The notes: generated by a model not told the origin, from the sequence alone. Shown: positions 1 to 14,900, counted from the first letter of the stretch. The stretch is 64,000 nucleotides of DNA from Nageia nagi (GCA_050084985.1 JBITNC010000002.1:22072001-22136000); one strand, 5' to 3'. Numbers and translations are program-made.

Positions 1-1030
1 TTATTAAATATTAAAAATATTATAGGTTGTTCATTAGCATTTGAAGGTTGACAAACATTTAAAATCTTCATTTAGTATCAAAGCAATCCATTCTATTGGG
101 TTAAAATGGAATAAAATAATGGAAAAACAATACAACAAAAAATTTCTATATTCAATGGTGAATAATTTAATTAATAGTTTAATGAGAAAATCTCCTCATA
201 TGACAAGCTCTTTAGAGTCTTATTTCACAAGGTTATTTAAAACTTGATGCTACAGCCTTTGCAGAACTTGTAGCAAATGAGAAGGACCTTTTAAAGAACA
301 AAAAGAAGAATGTTAAAGCCTTGTTTGTCATACAAAGTGGGATATATGTGTTTATCTTTCCCAATATTGTAGAATGAAAATAATCCAAATAATCATGTGA
401 TACTCTTTGAAGTAACTACAAATGATCTTCAAAGGTAAGAGTAGCTAAGCCTCAACTCTTATATAGGGATTTTGAATCCTTAAAAATGAATGATGATGAC
501 ACCATTGAGGTATTCATGAATAGAGTACAAGATTTGGTTAATGTCATTCATGCATATGGTGACACACTATATTATATTAATATCATGGATAAAGTACTGA
601 GAATCTTTCCTAGTAAGTTTGATCCTATCATCATTACCATTGAGAAATTTAATGGCAAATCATCTACATCCTCTACTTAAGCTGCTTGGAAGATTACAAA
701 CTTAAGTTGTCTCAATTAACTCTACTTAAGTTGTCTCAATTAACTCTACTTAAGTTGTTTGGAAGCTTACAAACCTATGACTATAGAATGAAAGCTAGGT
801 CTAAAAATCTTGATAAAGTATTCTAAGAAAAATTAGATTTAATGACAAATCATCTACATCCTCTACTTTATAATCTTCTTTAAGAGGTCATGTAAGAGTT
901 CATGATGGATCAAGCCCTGGAAGAGGCAATCATGGTAGAGGAAGAGGCATTTCAACCAACATAAGTTAAAGATCAAACTAAAAATATTATGACTATATTA
1001 GAAAAGATAATCACAATGAATAGAAATGCT
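1..1030 (+). mobile_element. Ty1/copia 5' remnant (LTR end, decayed PBS, gag fragment)
   Basis: tagtatcaaagc at 73-84 resembles the tRNA-iMet PBS tggtatcagagc. The ORF 486-680 (MNDDDTIEVFMNRVQDLVNVIHAYG...DKVLRIFPSKFDPIIITIE) is copia gag (UBN2)-like, followed by an RG-rich stretch. It is paralogous to 1110-2000. Confidence 0.8.
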
Positions 1031-1089
1031 TCAATTGGTATTAGAGAATTGAGGCCTTCAACCTCAAAAATTCCAATTGGTATTAGATA

Positions 1090-4000
1090 GTAACAAATTC
1101 ATGGATTTTTTATTAGCACTTGAAGGTTAATGAATATTCAAAATCTTTGGTATCAAAGCATTTTATTCTATTACATTAAAATAAAATCAAATAATGAAAA
1201 CATAATGTAGTTGTAGATTCTTGTACCAAGTTGTGAACACTTTGAGTACTAGATTATTCAAATGAGAATGTTTCACATATCACAAAGTATTTATAATCAT
1301 ATTTCAGAAGGTTATATAGAACTAATGTTATAGCCTTTACTACACTTATAATATATAAGTAGAAGGAGATTTTGTAGATAAAAAAGAAGGATGCCAAAGC
1401 CTTGTTTGTTATAAAAAGTGGAATATATATGTATATCTTTCCCAAGATTGCAGAATACAAGTAATACAAATAATCATAAGAGACTCTTGAGAGTGCCTAA
1501 AAAGGATTTTCAAATGTAAGAGTAGCTAAGCTTCATCTCTTACATAGGGATTTTGAATCCTTAAAAATGAATGATGATGAGACCATTGAGGTCTTCATGA
1601 GTAGAGTACAAGATTTGGTAAATGTCATTCATATCTAGATGGTAGGGCACTAGATGATATTAGGATTATGGGTAAAGTGTTGAGAAGGCTTACTATGAAG
1701 TTTGAACGTATCATTACAATTGAGGAATATATAGATACTTATGTCAATTAACTATACTTGAGTTGCTTGGAAGCTTGCAGACATATGAGCAAAGAATGAA
1801 AGAGAATTCTAAAAATCATGATCAAGAACTCCAAGATAAACTCAAAAGTAATGATCAATCATCTACCTCCTCTAGTTCATAATCTTCTTTAAGAGGTTGT
1901 GGTAGAGTTTGTAATGGATTAGGTCAAGGAATAGGAAATTGTGGTAGAGGAAGAGGCAAGTCAGCTAGCAAAAATCCAAGGTCAACCCAAAAATAAAAAG
2001 CCAACTATCATGAATCATAAGCTGACATTAATATATTCGTTACTCATAATAATTTTGAGGTTGTTAATGATAAGATTTGATATCTTGATAGTAGGTACTC
2101 AAACCACATGATTGAGAACAACAACCTATTTTTAAAACTTGAAGAAAATATCATTGGACAAATCAAGTTTGGCAATAACAATCATGTGAACATTGCTAGA
2201 AAAGGATCTATTACCTTTAAGGAAAAGACTAGTAAGATCTTGGATATGCATGATACTTTATATATTAAAGGGTAAAAACATAATATATTGAGCAATGGTC
2301 ATTTATTTTGAAGAACTACAAAGTAGTCTTTGAGAACAAGAGTTGTAAAATTACAAATGAGACCAATCATGAATTAGTTACTATTATACTCATCTATGAG
2401 AATATAATGTATATATTAAAAATGCAGCTAGTTGTTGTTAGTTATCTAAATATAACAATTGATATTACATGGCTATGGTATAAGAGGTTTGGACACATCA
2501 ATTTAAACTCATTATTTGGATTATACAAACTTGTGAAAGGTATTCCAACCTTTTAACATCCATCAAATACTTTATGTTAAAGCTACAATGTCTGCATAAC
2601 CAACATAAAGCCCAAAATCCTTTGGAATTGGTGCATGTTGATATATGTAAACCTATGTAGACTCCAAGCATGGCCAAGTGTAGGTATATACATATTTTTA
2701 CTGGTGATAATTCCAAAATGAGTTGGTTGTATTTGTTGTAGGCAAAATTAGATGCTTTTAATTATTTTATGAAATTCAAATCACTTGCAAAGAAGCAATC
2801 TGGCTATAATATCAAAAATATTCTAACAAACCATGGTCATGAATTAATTTTTAATGAATTCAAAGACTTCTACTATAATCATGGAATCAAAAGGTAGTAA
2901 ACAACATTGTGCACTCCCAAATCAAATGGAGTGGTCAAGAGAAAGAACATGATAATTATTGACATGGCATAATGCATATTGAAATATATAGGTATATATA
3001 AAAATCATGTGGTGAATTCATTCACATAGCTATTTACATTTCGATTCATTTCTCTATAAAAATAATGTAATTAGATTCTACCCCCTATGAGGCTTGGTTT
3101 AGTAAAAAATCAAGTATTTCTCACATAAAGATATTTGGATCTACATGCTATGTGCATATACCTAAGGAAAATAAGGAGATGTTAAATGAAAAATTGATCA
3201 AGTTTATCTTTATTAAATTATTTAACAAATCCAAATCCTACAAGTGTTATGATACCATCATCAACAAGTTGCATATCAAAAGAGATATGATCTTCAATGA
3301 AGGAGGAGCCTACACAAAGGAATCAACTAGACCAGGTATCCTTCCCAAGTTTGAAAATTCATCATCCAATGAACTTGTTAATCCATTGAAACCTCACTAT
3401 CCCAACATCCCTATAATAACATCTCATTCTAGAAAATATGATACATGAAAGAAAAGGATTTACATAGATAATCTACACTCACAGATGTTGGATGAAAGTT
3501 TTACTAGAAGAGTGATCTAACAACAATCAAGTGGGGTGATCATATGATTAATTATTCCTTGATGTTATGTTCATTTACCAAACCTTCCAAATTCAATGTA
3601 GTAATAATGAATATTGAAAATATCCATAAAAGATGAGATAAAGCAAACCCAAAAAAATGATTCTTACTATCTTGTCTCTCCTCTAAAGAATAAGAACATC
3701 ATTGACATCAAGTGGATCTATAAGCTCAAGTATAATATGGATGACAACATTACCAAGCACAAATCTTGCTTGGTAATGAAAGGCTATATACATAATGGAG
3801 GTCTAAACTATAAAAAAATATTCACTCTAATCACTAGATTAGAAAAAATCAAATCTCTATTAGCTTTAGCTTCCCATTTTGGTCTTATAATTTGCCAATT
3901 TGGCTATAGAATAATATCAAAGGTTTTTTTTAATAAAAGAAGAAAGAAAACAAATAGATCTTTATAATTTCAACAATAATTTAAAAGTGAAGATGAGATC

Positions 4001-4330
4001 AATTATTAAATATTGTCTTCTTAAATTGGCTTAACATTTAGCTTTTAATTTGTTGTCACCAAGCCATTCACTAATTTTCTTTTCTACAATACTACCATAG
4101 AGTTTGGTAAGTAAAGAACATATCATAATAGTTGTATAATTATATGGATTATTATTATTTTCATTTTTAGATAGGTATGATTGAAATTATAGTACACTAT
4201 TTAGAAAATCCTTCCTTAAGAGAGGTGTTGAAAAGGATTTGAATGTAAAAGGCAAGAGTAGAGCTTTCAATGTTTTTGATATCCTTTGATATCTTTAGTC
4301 CTTCCTTTTGATAGATTCTTAATTCCATTA
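1090..4330 (+). mobile_element. Degenerate Ty1/copia element (PBS, gag, protease, integrase, partial RT, PPT, start of 3' LTR)
   Basis: PBS tggtatcaaagc at 1148-1159. GAG-pre-integrase motif WLWYKRFGHIN (2308-2556). Integrase C-terminus (3152-3448). RT KWIYKLKYN..KHKSCLVMKGY (3614-3967). PPT ttaagagagg followed by tgttga at 4226. Many stops and frameshifts. Confidence 0.85.
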
Positions 4331-4886
4331 TGTTAGAACTAATAATGTTATTTAGGGTGTTGTATTAATTAATATGCTTTAGCATATTAATAATCACCTA
4401 AAGTTGTTTATTAGGTGATAATGAGATTCATGCATGGTGGGTGGAATAGTATTCTTTACTCAACTTAAAATATTATTTAGTAGGTGGAATAGTGTCTCCA
4501 TTAATAATTGAATGTAATTTTATATTATTAACTTAAGGTTAACTAACCATTTATGGTTAAGTTAGTTAACTACCTAAGGTTAGTTTTGAGTCCTATAAAA
4601 GGAGCTCATGTTATGAAGAAATAAAATAAAAATTATAATGAAAACATGTAGTTGTAATGAGTTAGTATAGATCTTAGTTAGGAAGCTCTAAAGCATGCAA
4701 GCTATGCTTGATGCTATGGAGAGACATGGTTGAGATCCATGAGTGTACATGATATTGAGAGAATAGAGGAGACATGGTTGAGATCCATGAGTGTACATGA
4801 TATTGAGAGAATAGAGGAAATAAGACCTTAAATTGGAGTACTTTTGTAGAGAGGAACCACTATACATCTTGTGTCATTTTTTGTGA
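4331..4886 (+). repeat. LTR, 3'-truncated, paired with 9786-10402; contains a 48-bp tandem duplication
   Basis: Starts tgttagaactaataa and is near-identical to 9786-10290. The unit gagacatggttgagatccatgagtgtacatgatattgagagaatagag is repeated at 4721-4816. Confidence 0.9.
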
Positions 4887-6239
4887 TAGTAGAAGCAACC
4901 ATTTTTGATATTTTTTTTTGAAATTGGTTGTGTGATGGCACGACTCCTCTATGTGTAGATCGCCCAAAGGAGAGGCATGGCCACTTCTACCTATCATATT
5001 CTCCATTTTGCACATTTCTTGCCTTCATTGTATTGCCTGAGACTGCATCTTGATAATGCAATTTATCAAATAATTCACAGATCCCTTTGTATATATATTT
5101 TGTGCATATCCTATAATCTTTGCATTGCATGACACTGCAAACTTGTTAAATCTCTTTGGTTTCTATTTTTTTATGCCAATCAATTGGAAATTCAAATAAT
5201 AAATTTGATTGTGTCTACCTAGTTGAACCCTCCTTGGTGGTACGTAATCACCACAAGGAGTGTGAACCCTCTTAGGGGCACATTGCCTCCCAAGGGGTCA
5301 CATACTTGGGGGATCTCCTACCCTTCTTCACTTTCTCTTGGGAAGGCCATGATCAAAATGTGGGCCATAGGTGTGGAAATTCTCCTCCAGATCATGATGC
5401 TTGTTCTCACCTTCGTTCTTGGTTATGTCCTACGTAGGCACAAATTCTTTTTTCTTCATGAAGCTAGTATGAATCAAGGAGACAAAATCTATTTTCCTTT
5501 TCATAGAGCATTTGTAATTCAAGGGTTTTGTAGCTTTCTTTTCTTCTCTCTGGTTAAATATCTTCAAGTTTTATTCACGCTAAATTGAAGGACATGCAAG
5601 ACTTGCCAATTTTTTATTCATTTATTTTTTCTTCCAATGCGTGACTCATATTGTATTTATTTAATAGGATGAGTCATTACATGTAGTGTAGACATCTTGA
5701 TCATGCCCCTTTGTCATGAAATCGATATGGTGGCATGTGATGGTTGTTGGTATAATGATGACAAACACTACAAAATTTGATTAAAAACTATATATATATA
5801 TTCTAGTGGCGGTTTCCTACATTTGACTTTATTAGTATGGGTGTCTCTTATTTTCCTCTTTATTGCTAGTTCTAATCTTTATCATGGTGGGAGAATATTT
5901 TTTTACAACCAAGTGGCATATATTTTCAACAAGGGACAACTTATTTTTCAAATGGGTCTTTAATTGACATGATGCCATATATATTTTTTTACCTTGTCCC
6001 ACATTACCACTTGACAATATCATATATTTTTTTAATGTTTTGACTATGCCTTAAATACATTTATTGAATTAGATGTTAACAACAATTATTTTCTTGTACT
6101 TCTTAATTTGGTATGATCAAAATTTTAAAAATTACTACACCCTTTAGTGGTATGGATGATGATGTGTAGTAATCCTAGTATATTACTTTTGGAATGCACA
6201 TTTATTTATTTTCATAAAGTTAAAATAGGGTATTTAATG

Positions 6240-6715
6240 GTAACATACTGAAGGATTGAGATCTACTCTAATTCTCAAGGTCCAAGACTAGGAAACTCAA
6301 TCATTCATTCACACAAGATAACACAAATATAATGTGGTTCCTCCCTCCTTGGGAGTACATCCACAACTAGTTCTCAATTCTCAATCTATGCACCTCTTAC
6401 TACAATTCTCTTCCTCTCCTACACAAACTTAGTAGAGTAATCTTACTCCAAAAACTTAGTTATGTTACAAGAGGAGAGGCCCTCTATTTATAGCTTGAGA
6501 GCACCTCTCCAACCTCCCTTTAACCCAAGTGTAAGGTTAGGGTTACAATAAATGTATCACCTAACTTTAACCTACCAACTAACCACATGGTAAAGTCAAA
6601 GTCTACATAATAAAGAATTCAATTAATCCCTTAAGGTATCTACATATCCTTTAAGTGATTAATTGAATTTACAAGGAGTTTAGATATTCACAATATTTCA
6701 TTACAAATTCTAACA
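6240..6715 (-). repeat. Solo LTR in reverse orientation, related to the LTRs at 4331, 9786 and 50482
   Basis: The minus strand starts tgttagaatttgtaatg, has ctataaatagagg (TATA) and the ggatgtactccc...aaccaca motif shared with the other LTRs. The left boundary is approximate. Confidence 0.65.
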
Positions 6716-8269
6716 CATACAACAAGAAAAATAGTGTATTTTTAAAGCTTAGATCTCTTTCAAAATGCTTGTTTTAATGTGCCCCTTGGAACCCGGTAAG
6801 GGGAGTCAAACTTAATTATTGGATGGCATCCAGAATGAATGAGTGATTTTTTATTGATTTTATTATCCATAATTATTTTAAAACCATTTTGAGAGTCAAA
6901 ATTAATTATTGGAGGGCGTCCACTTATTATGGTCCACCACTTGTGTGGGTTCCACTTGTTGTGGCCCACCACCTATATTCCTCATCCAACTTGAGAAGTG
7001 GCTTCTTAATAAAGCTACACATGAAACTAAAAAGAAAACCTATTTATGTATGCTTCTTACCTTTATTTTAGTGCATGTGGGATTTATTTTTCCACATCAC
7101 TATTCCTAGCAACAATTTCAGTAAGCCATTTTTTCATAAGGCCCATAAGAAAAAGACATTTATGGCTAATGCGTGTATGCATGGTAACTTATTGAACTTG
7201 ACACCTTTATATTTTTTCAACACTTTTGGAAGGCCATGCTTTACCTCATAATGTATTTTTACCACCATATATTTTTTTTTGAAAAATCTTGACTATTCAT
7301 AATCTTTTAGCCCACATATGTTATGCAATGGTGTTTTAAACACTTTAATTAGATCTTGTTTCCTTCTACAAGCATAAGGGTGTGATCTCCAACTAATCCC
7401 GCCTTTATGAATGGCTTCACTATGAGATCATACTCTTGTTTTATGTGGATGAAATAAATACACCAAGTTTTACTTGTATAACATTTTTTTTTGCACATTT
7501 CTTAATGCAAGTTTTTCTTATTTTATTTTATTATGACAAAGAAAAAGGGAGAGATATTGCATTAATTTTCTATTATGATTAAAAATTGAATAATTCATGT
7601 TATACTTGGTTATTTGCAATGTTATTATACTTATAAATGCATATTGATCAAATGAAAACTCGTTCTGAATATTCCTTGTTTGCAAATTAAACACTTGTTG
7701 TGGATGTGCATTGTGAGCACTATTTATTGGTTACAAATTAAGCATTATTTTATATTGCATTAAGATGTTTTATGTGCATTGATCCTTATGTATTTCTACA
7801 CATTTGTTGGTATGGAAGTTTTTGAACTCCCAAAACTAATTTTATTATGCACATCATTTGAAGTAACATGCTTGTGTAAGCTTTCTTCAAACTTAACTAT
7901 CCTTATTAATTGTGCACACATTTTTTATTGAAATAGAGTTTCTAAACTCTCAAAATTGGAAATGTTCTTTTTTTATGCACCTTATATTCTTATTGGCATG
8001 CAAAATTTTTAAACTTTCTTCACAAAGTTTTATTGAGGATATTAATGATGCAATATTACTCTTGCTTTGAAAGGAAGTGTACAAGTACCATTGGGAAATG
8101 TACATTCCTCTCTACGTTTATAGAGATAGTTTTTACTTCTTGATGAAGTTACTCTTAAGGGAGAGTATAAAATGCAAGTTTATTTACTACTTTCATGGTT
8201 GAAAGATTATTCATGTTGATGGATTATGCCACATTACTAGCAAATATAAAATCCAAGCATCTTTATAAA

Positions 8270-8560
8270 ACCCAAGCATCTTTTTTATATCGTTGACTAT
8301 AAGTATCGGCTTAGCATCCATAGTGATGACTTATAGGGCAACATAAATGCAAGAATATTTTTATATATTGACTATAAGTATTGGCTTGGCATCCACAATG
8401 ATGAATTATAGAGCAACATAAATCCAAGCATTTTTTTTATATCGTTGACTATAAGTATTCACTTGGCATCCATAGTGATGAATTATAGGGCAACATAAAA
8501 CCAAGTATTTTTTTATGGGTGACTATAAGTATTGGCTTGGCATCTCTATGTTGACTTATA
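8270..8560. repeat. Tandem repeat, ~75-bp unit x ~3.5
   Basis: tgactataagtatYggcttggcatcc recurs at 8294, 8369, 8446 and 8520. Confidence 0.9.
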
Positions 8561-8720
8561 AGGCACCATTTGTCACACCTTTTTACTTCCATGGTAGAAG
8601 TTATATCCATGACAATGGATTGATTGCACATTATTTGATGAAATTTGAACCCATTTTGATGGATTAATGCTAGCAAATTTTATCATATACATCTTAACTA
8701 GTAGCATCATTTAGATGAGT

Positions 8721-9021
8721 CCTTGACTCACTCTTGGTAAAGTCAAGCTTATTTATTATGAATCCTTGACTCACTCCTAGTAAAGTTGAGCTTATTTATT
8801 ATGAATTCTTGATTCACTCTTGGTAAAGTCAAGCTTATTTATTATGAATCCTTGACTCACTCTTGGTAAATTCAAGCTTATTTATTATTGTATCTTGACT
8901 CACACCTAGTAAAGTCAAGCTTATTTATTGTGACATCTTGATTCACTCTTGGTAAAGTCAAGTTTATTTGTTGGTACACCTTGACTCAATCTTGGTAAAG
9001 TCAAGTTTATTTGTCGTACCT
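8721..9021. repeat. Tandem repeat, 43-bp unit x7, each with an internal inverted repeat
   Basis: The unit ccttgactcactcttggtaaagtcaagcttatttattatgaat starts at 8721, 8764, 8807, 8850, 8893, 8936 and 8979. It contains a cttgact/agtcaag stem. Confidence 0.92.
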
Positions 9022-9785
9022 TATGGCCTTATGCATCTTGATGTGGTGATTAAGATGGCATTTTGTGGCTTGAGACTAGTGTTTTGCCTTTAAATCTTAA
9101 CGTAAGTATTTGATCAAGTTGGCATCTATTTATTTGTGACATGGTTAATATAACATTTTCACACTAGTATTTATTTTATGAAGTTGTCATCAAGGGGAAG
9201 TAAATGTCAAGTTATAATGTGATGAAACCCTCATATAAAATAAATAAAAAGGAAAGAATGATAAAAATTAAAATAAATTTTTTTTTTTTTTTTTTATGAT
9301 GCATATCACTTGTCTGATAGTGCATGACTTGATATATGCACATATGATATTATTAATAACATGTTATGTTGTGCTCATATGGTATTATCATTCTATGTTG
9401 ATGATATGATATTTTGATGATGATGTGATTACTTGACATCTTTATATGATTTATTATGATTAGTGTATGTATAGTATGATTCAATTCATGTATATTGATA
9501 TGAATGAATATATGATGTTTCTAACTGATCTTGTTTATAAGTTGCTTATAGCTTGCAGGTTTTCTCTAGATATTGCAGGTTACTTGTGACAATAGCTTTG
9601 AGACTTCTTGGATATTGGCATTTGGATCTTCAACCTTCTCTCCTTTGTATAAAGTATCAAAAGGTCTCCTATCTCTTAAAGATTGTAAGCCTTGTTTGGT
9701 TATATGTACACTTTGTAGCATGAGTAAACCCTCTATGTAAAATCATTATTTTTCTAGTCACTCCCAAAATAACATTAAAGGGGAG

Positions 9786-10402
9786 TGTTAGAACTAATAA
9801 TTTTATTTAGGGTGTTGTATTAATTAATATGCTTTAGCATATTAATAATCATCTAAAATTGTTTATTAGGTGATAATGAGGTTCATGCATGATGGGTGGA
9901 ATAGTATTCTCCACTCAACTTAAAATATTATTTAGTAGGTGGAATAGTATCTCCACTAACAATTGAATGCAATTTTTTATTATTAACTTAGGGTTAACTA
10001 ACCATTTATGGTTAAGTTAGTTAACTACCTAAGGTTAGTTTTGAGTCCTATAAAAGGAGCTTATGTTATGAAGAAATAAAATGAGAATTGTAATGAAAAA
10101 ATGTAGTTGTAATGAGTTAGTATAGATTTTAGTTAGGAAGGTCTAAAGCATGCAAGCTATGCTTGATGTTATGGAGAGACATGGTTAAGATCCATGAGTG
10201 TACATGATATTAAGAGAATAGAGGGAAGGAGACCTTAAAGTGGAGTACTCTTGTAGAGAGGAACCACTATACATCTCGTGTCACTTTTTGTGATTGTTTT
10301 GTTTTATGAGTTCTTAGTTTAGATATATTAATGTCGAAGATGTTTGGAATCCTTCAAGGTGATCCTGGATATCGAATCCTTCAATTCCATCACATTCTAA
10401 CT
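9786..10402 (+). repeat. 3' LTR preceded by a polypurine tract
   Basis: PPT aaaggggag lies immediately upstream. Terminal inverted ends are tgttagaa...ttctaac(t). TATA-like cctataaaagg is present. Matches 4331-4886. Confidence 0.9.
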
Positions 10403-11934
10403 ATCCTTTATAAATAAAATATTCTTTTATATTAGCAAAAATATTATGTAATGTAAGATATTTATCATATTTAAAGGGGAACATAATTATTTTTGAGATA
10501 ACAATCCTAAATATTATATCAGTTTGAGGTTCAACTATCATTGTCCTAGGTAAAAAAATATAAAATTAATTTCTATTATATTTACATAGGTCATGTACAC
10601 ACCTAAAAATAATTTTATATTTATTATATAATCATATTTATGGTATCTAAAAATAAATAATGTAAATATCAAGAAAAAGGTGTTAAGGAAATGTATAAAA
10701 GGAGAAGAAAAGTGTGGCATTCCATATCATATTCTTAAGTGATCAATTCTACATTGAATTTGGATAGGTTGATATTGAGATTGCATTTCCATATCACTAC
10801 ACAAATGATGTCAATCGACACCATCTATCCAAGGACCTATTTACTCTCTTACGCATGATTGAATTGTTCTTATTTAATTTTTATAGTCCACAAGATCAAA
10901 AACATCGATGGTATTGCATTACAAAGTCACATGCATTTATGTTTTGACACATATAGGTAGCTAGACTTGAATTTTAGTTTGTTGTAAAGCTTGAGGTGTC
11001 AAATTGTAGGTTTGTTCATCTAGGATCTAAGCCAGTTTGTAAAATTGAAGAGAATATCATCCCAACTAGTACAAAATTTGAGATTATGGATAAATAAGTA
11101 AATTATTAATTTAATTCATTTCATTATTATCTATAGATCGCTTTTTTTCTCCCATTGCTGGTAAATAAAAATATTATTTTCTTATATTTTACCAAGTTCT
11201 TGTACTCTTTTTTTTTTTGTATGTGTTTGTACTTTTTTAGCAAACTTAATATTTCTTTAGCAACTTTACATTCCATGCCATACCATTTATTTTTTTCATG
11301 TTTATGGATGATAGATATTTGGCAAGTGTGTTTGTTGATGTAGATAGATAATTTTGAGGTAAAAAAATTATATAAATAAATTATTATGTATGTAATTTTA
11401 GAATTAAGAGAGTTGAATGTATTTTGGATATCCTTTTGAAAGGAATCTACAAGATTATTATATTTAAATACTGTATTTGAATTTTTTATCTTATTAGTGA
11501 GTGTTATCTTTATGTGTTAAGTTTATTTTAAGAGTAAGAAAGATAGGTCAATAATCAAAGTCAAGTTCTTACTATATCCAGATCTAAATGTCCAATATTT
11601 GCTTAGTAAAATAAATTGAGGAAATAATATAGTCTATGGCACTATTACCCTTTTTATAGTAAATTTATCATATTTGGGCTAGGATTGTAGACCGTTATCA
11701 ATAACAAGTTCATAACAACTAATGATTTTGATTAATTTTTATCCAAAGTTGTTCTCAATTTGATCCTTATAAGTTCAAGAAAACTCATGGGTAAGAAAAG
11801 GATTTTCATCAAGCTAAGGGGTTAATTTTGCAAACATAATCGGTAAAGATACTTTGTAAAATATTTTATCTTTAAAATCCCTAAATAAAATTACCTCATA
11901 TTTTTGTTTAAAATTAGCAATATTGTTGAAAGTC

Positions 11935-14900
11935 TCTATGTATGGAAAATGGTAAGAATAAAATACCACTCAATATTTTCATAAGAGTTTTCAAAATTGA
12001 TTTTAATGAACAACATATCCTAGTTTGAAGGTCTTGTCCATTCCATACCTTCCCAAAATGTAAGCACATTATCAAGAATATACTTTCTTTGAACAAACTC
12101 AATTTTTTCATGTCAAACAATAATGGGTAGCAAAGGTTTAAGCTTGAGAGATCAAGACTTAGAAATAATATTATAGCTCATATTAAGTAAGGTAATCAGT
12201 CTCCAATTGGTACTGAAATCAAGATCACTAGCTTTGGGAATGAATTTAATATTACCTTTATTTATAATAGCCCCCAAAGAATAATAATTCATCTCTTCCT
12301 TATAGACATTGAGAAGATATGAGTTAACCATATCCTAAAATGCTTGATAAAACTCATAGGGCAAATCATATAAACCAAGGGCTTTGTCATTAACCATTTG
12401 AAAGAGATCTTGTGAGATATCATAAAAAGTCAAAGGCTTATCATAAGACCTTTTTTTATAAATAGAAAGTTCCTTTGAAACAACAACACAACATTCAACC
12501 AAAGCTTATTATCAAGATAAAGTGAGTAGTTGAGAAGCAAAAAATTTATAGTAATAATTCACAAAAGTAGTAATTATATTAGAAAGGGAAGTGAAACTAT
12601 CTTAATTAACTTGGATAGCCTAAAATTGAGTAGGCTAAGATGGAAAAGTCTTTACAGATTTTATCTCTAATTTAGAGCCAATGTAATCTTGCATGAAGTT
12701 GGACTCCTCGAGCATCATAAAGCTCAAACTTTTTAGTCTCATGGTGAAAAGTAGAAATATGGGCTTGAAGGGAGGAGCTAAAAGGGTAGACTTCCAAGAA
12801 AATAGAGGCCCTAGTCAATCACATTTTTAGATTACAAAGAAGGGTGGTCATATATGGGAAATTGTATTATTCCACCAATCAATCCAACTTAAAAACTTGA
12901 AGGCCTAGGTATAATATTCTACAAATTTTGTAGATGTGAGATGTCATGGTCGAATGTTGGAGAAAATATATATATTCAAATAAAATTTTGATTGAAAATG
13001 ATAGGAAGGGGGGGAACTAAAAACCACATCAAAGAGAATAAGAGCATGATCAAATAAGGTGGTATCAAGAAAGGGGAAAAATAAAATATGAATATAAAGA
13101 AAGGTGGTTAAAGGTAAAACTAGAGTATTCCATAATCATAGCCCTATCTACTTGTTTAATTCTAAACTTTGGCATGTATAGCTTGAAAATTGAACCAACT
13201 AAATTAGGTGGATTTGGGAAATTTTGATCGCAAAAAATAAGCTTGGGCTACAAGAATTGGGGTTTGAAAACCCAAGCTCATTTTTCATGAAATATTATGC
13301 CTCTCTTTCATCAATATTACATCTCATAGGGATTTACCCTATTTTTCATAAGGCTTTTCAATCATATTCAAGTCACCACAAAGAATCTAAATTACATGTG
13401 GCATGGAGAAAGCTGACAAACATTGGAGAGTACATATGTCAAGAGCATCATTAGAAGCATAACCTATGATAATAAAAAATGGTTTCCCATCAATCTTAAG
13501 TAGTGTTTAAACAACCTGATTTTAAGGGTCAACACCTAATGTCACAATATTAGATTGCCACTTGGGAGTAATGAAAGTGATTGCTCCACCTTTCCCATAA
13601 GAATGATTAGTGGCATGAAAAATACCTCATGGCCAAAAAAAATTATAAGTACACTACAAAATGAACTCAATTATTTTAAATTCTTATAAGAAAAGAAATC
13701 TAAGCTTCCATACAAGCGAGTAACATCTACCAACTTACTATAGCTCATGTATTTTTGGACTAGGTCCATCAGTCCTCTTACATTAGAAAAAATCATGAAG
13801 ATCTATGATCAAGGTTCATGATATTCGTGGTGTCCTCCATGTCACCAAACTCCTTAAGGGAATCAAATGATTTAGAAGAATTGCTCAATATTATCTTAGA
13901 AAAAAACCATTTAGCATAAAATTTCCTCCATCCAATGATGCTTATCTTGGTGGAAATCCATCCCATCTCATAAAGGGTTGTGACAGTAATGAGATTTGTA
14001 CATATGAGCCTCCTTAAGGAGGGCTTATTTGAAAAAAGGAAGAAATAAACTCCTTAAGGGAGGAGGAAGTAGGTAAAGAATGAGTGTTTTCCATAGTAGA
14101 AGAAAAATATGGACCAAACCAAACTTTGAGAGTTACTACTGAAGGTTGCATGGAAATAACATCATACTAAATTGACATCAAAGTAGAGGTAGGAGGTTGC
14201 ATGGCCACATTAAATATGGAGAATTTGTGATGAATTAGAGATAGGCTCCATTGGTTGTTCTTAATGTTTCTTTATTTGATGATTCTTCTTATAGGTCATA
14301 GTATTATACTCCCCTTCACCTCATATATCTTCATTAGCTAGAGTCATTGAGGTGGAAGAGGTAGGGGAAAATGGGGTTTAAAATTTCTCTCCATAAGTGG
14401 GAAATATTTTATCTTTTGCATTTTAAAATTACAATGGTATAAGGTATTCAATAAATTGATGTACACCACTTATTATTGAATGGAGTATTCAAGGAGTAGA
14501 GTTTAAGAGGCTTCATGCATAAAAACTTCCCAATAAGATCTACCAAATTTTCAATAAAGGGCCAAAGGGGAATTGAAAGACTAGGAAACTTAACCCAAAT
14601 AAGCACTTCTAGAGAAGCTTCATCACTAATGATGAAACTTTGACAATGTTGCTAAAAAATCAACTAAAGGTTAAAAACTGACCAAGGACCTTTATTAAAA
14701 ACTTTATAGGCATGGGAGGAATCCAAAAAATGAAAAAGGAAGAAATATTTTGTTAGATTTTGAATATGCTCAAGTTTAATACCATAAGAATGTCATACTT
14801 ATTGAAACCAACCATAAATTAATGTATCATTTGGAATATGACCCTAAAAATATCTAACCAAAGTATGACTTTCAAACCACTCACATGTAGAGTTGAACTT

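Noticed and set aside
5766-5820. CACTA 5' terminus (cactacaaaa...gtggcggttt) pairing with the end at ~32002
   Set aside because: No matching TSD or convincing subterminal array was found, and cactac also occurs by chance at ~10795 and ~13652.
8721-9021. CRISPR-like array (palindromic, regularly spaced repeats)
   Set aside because: The units are contiguous with no unique spacers, there are no cas genes, and the context is a eukaryotic retrotransposon.
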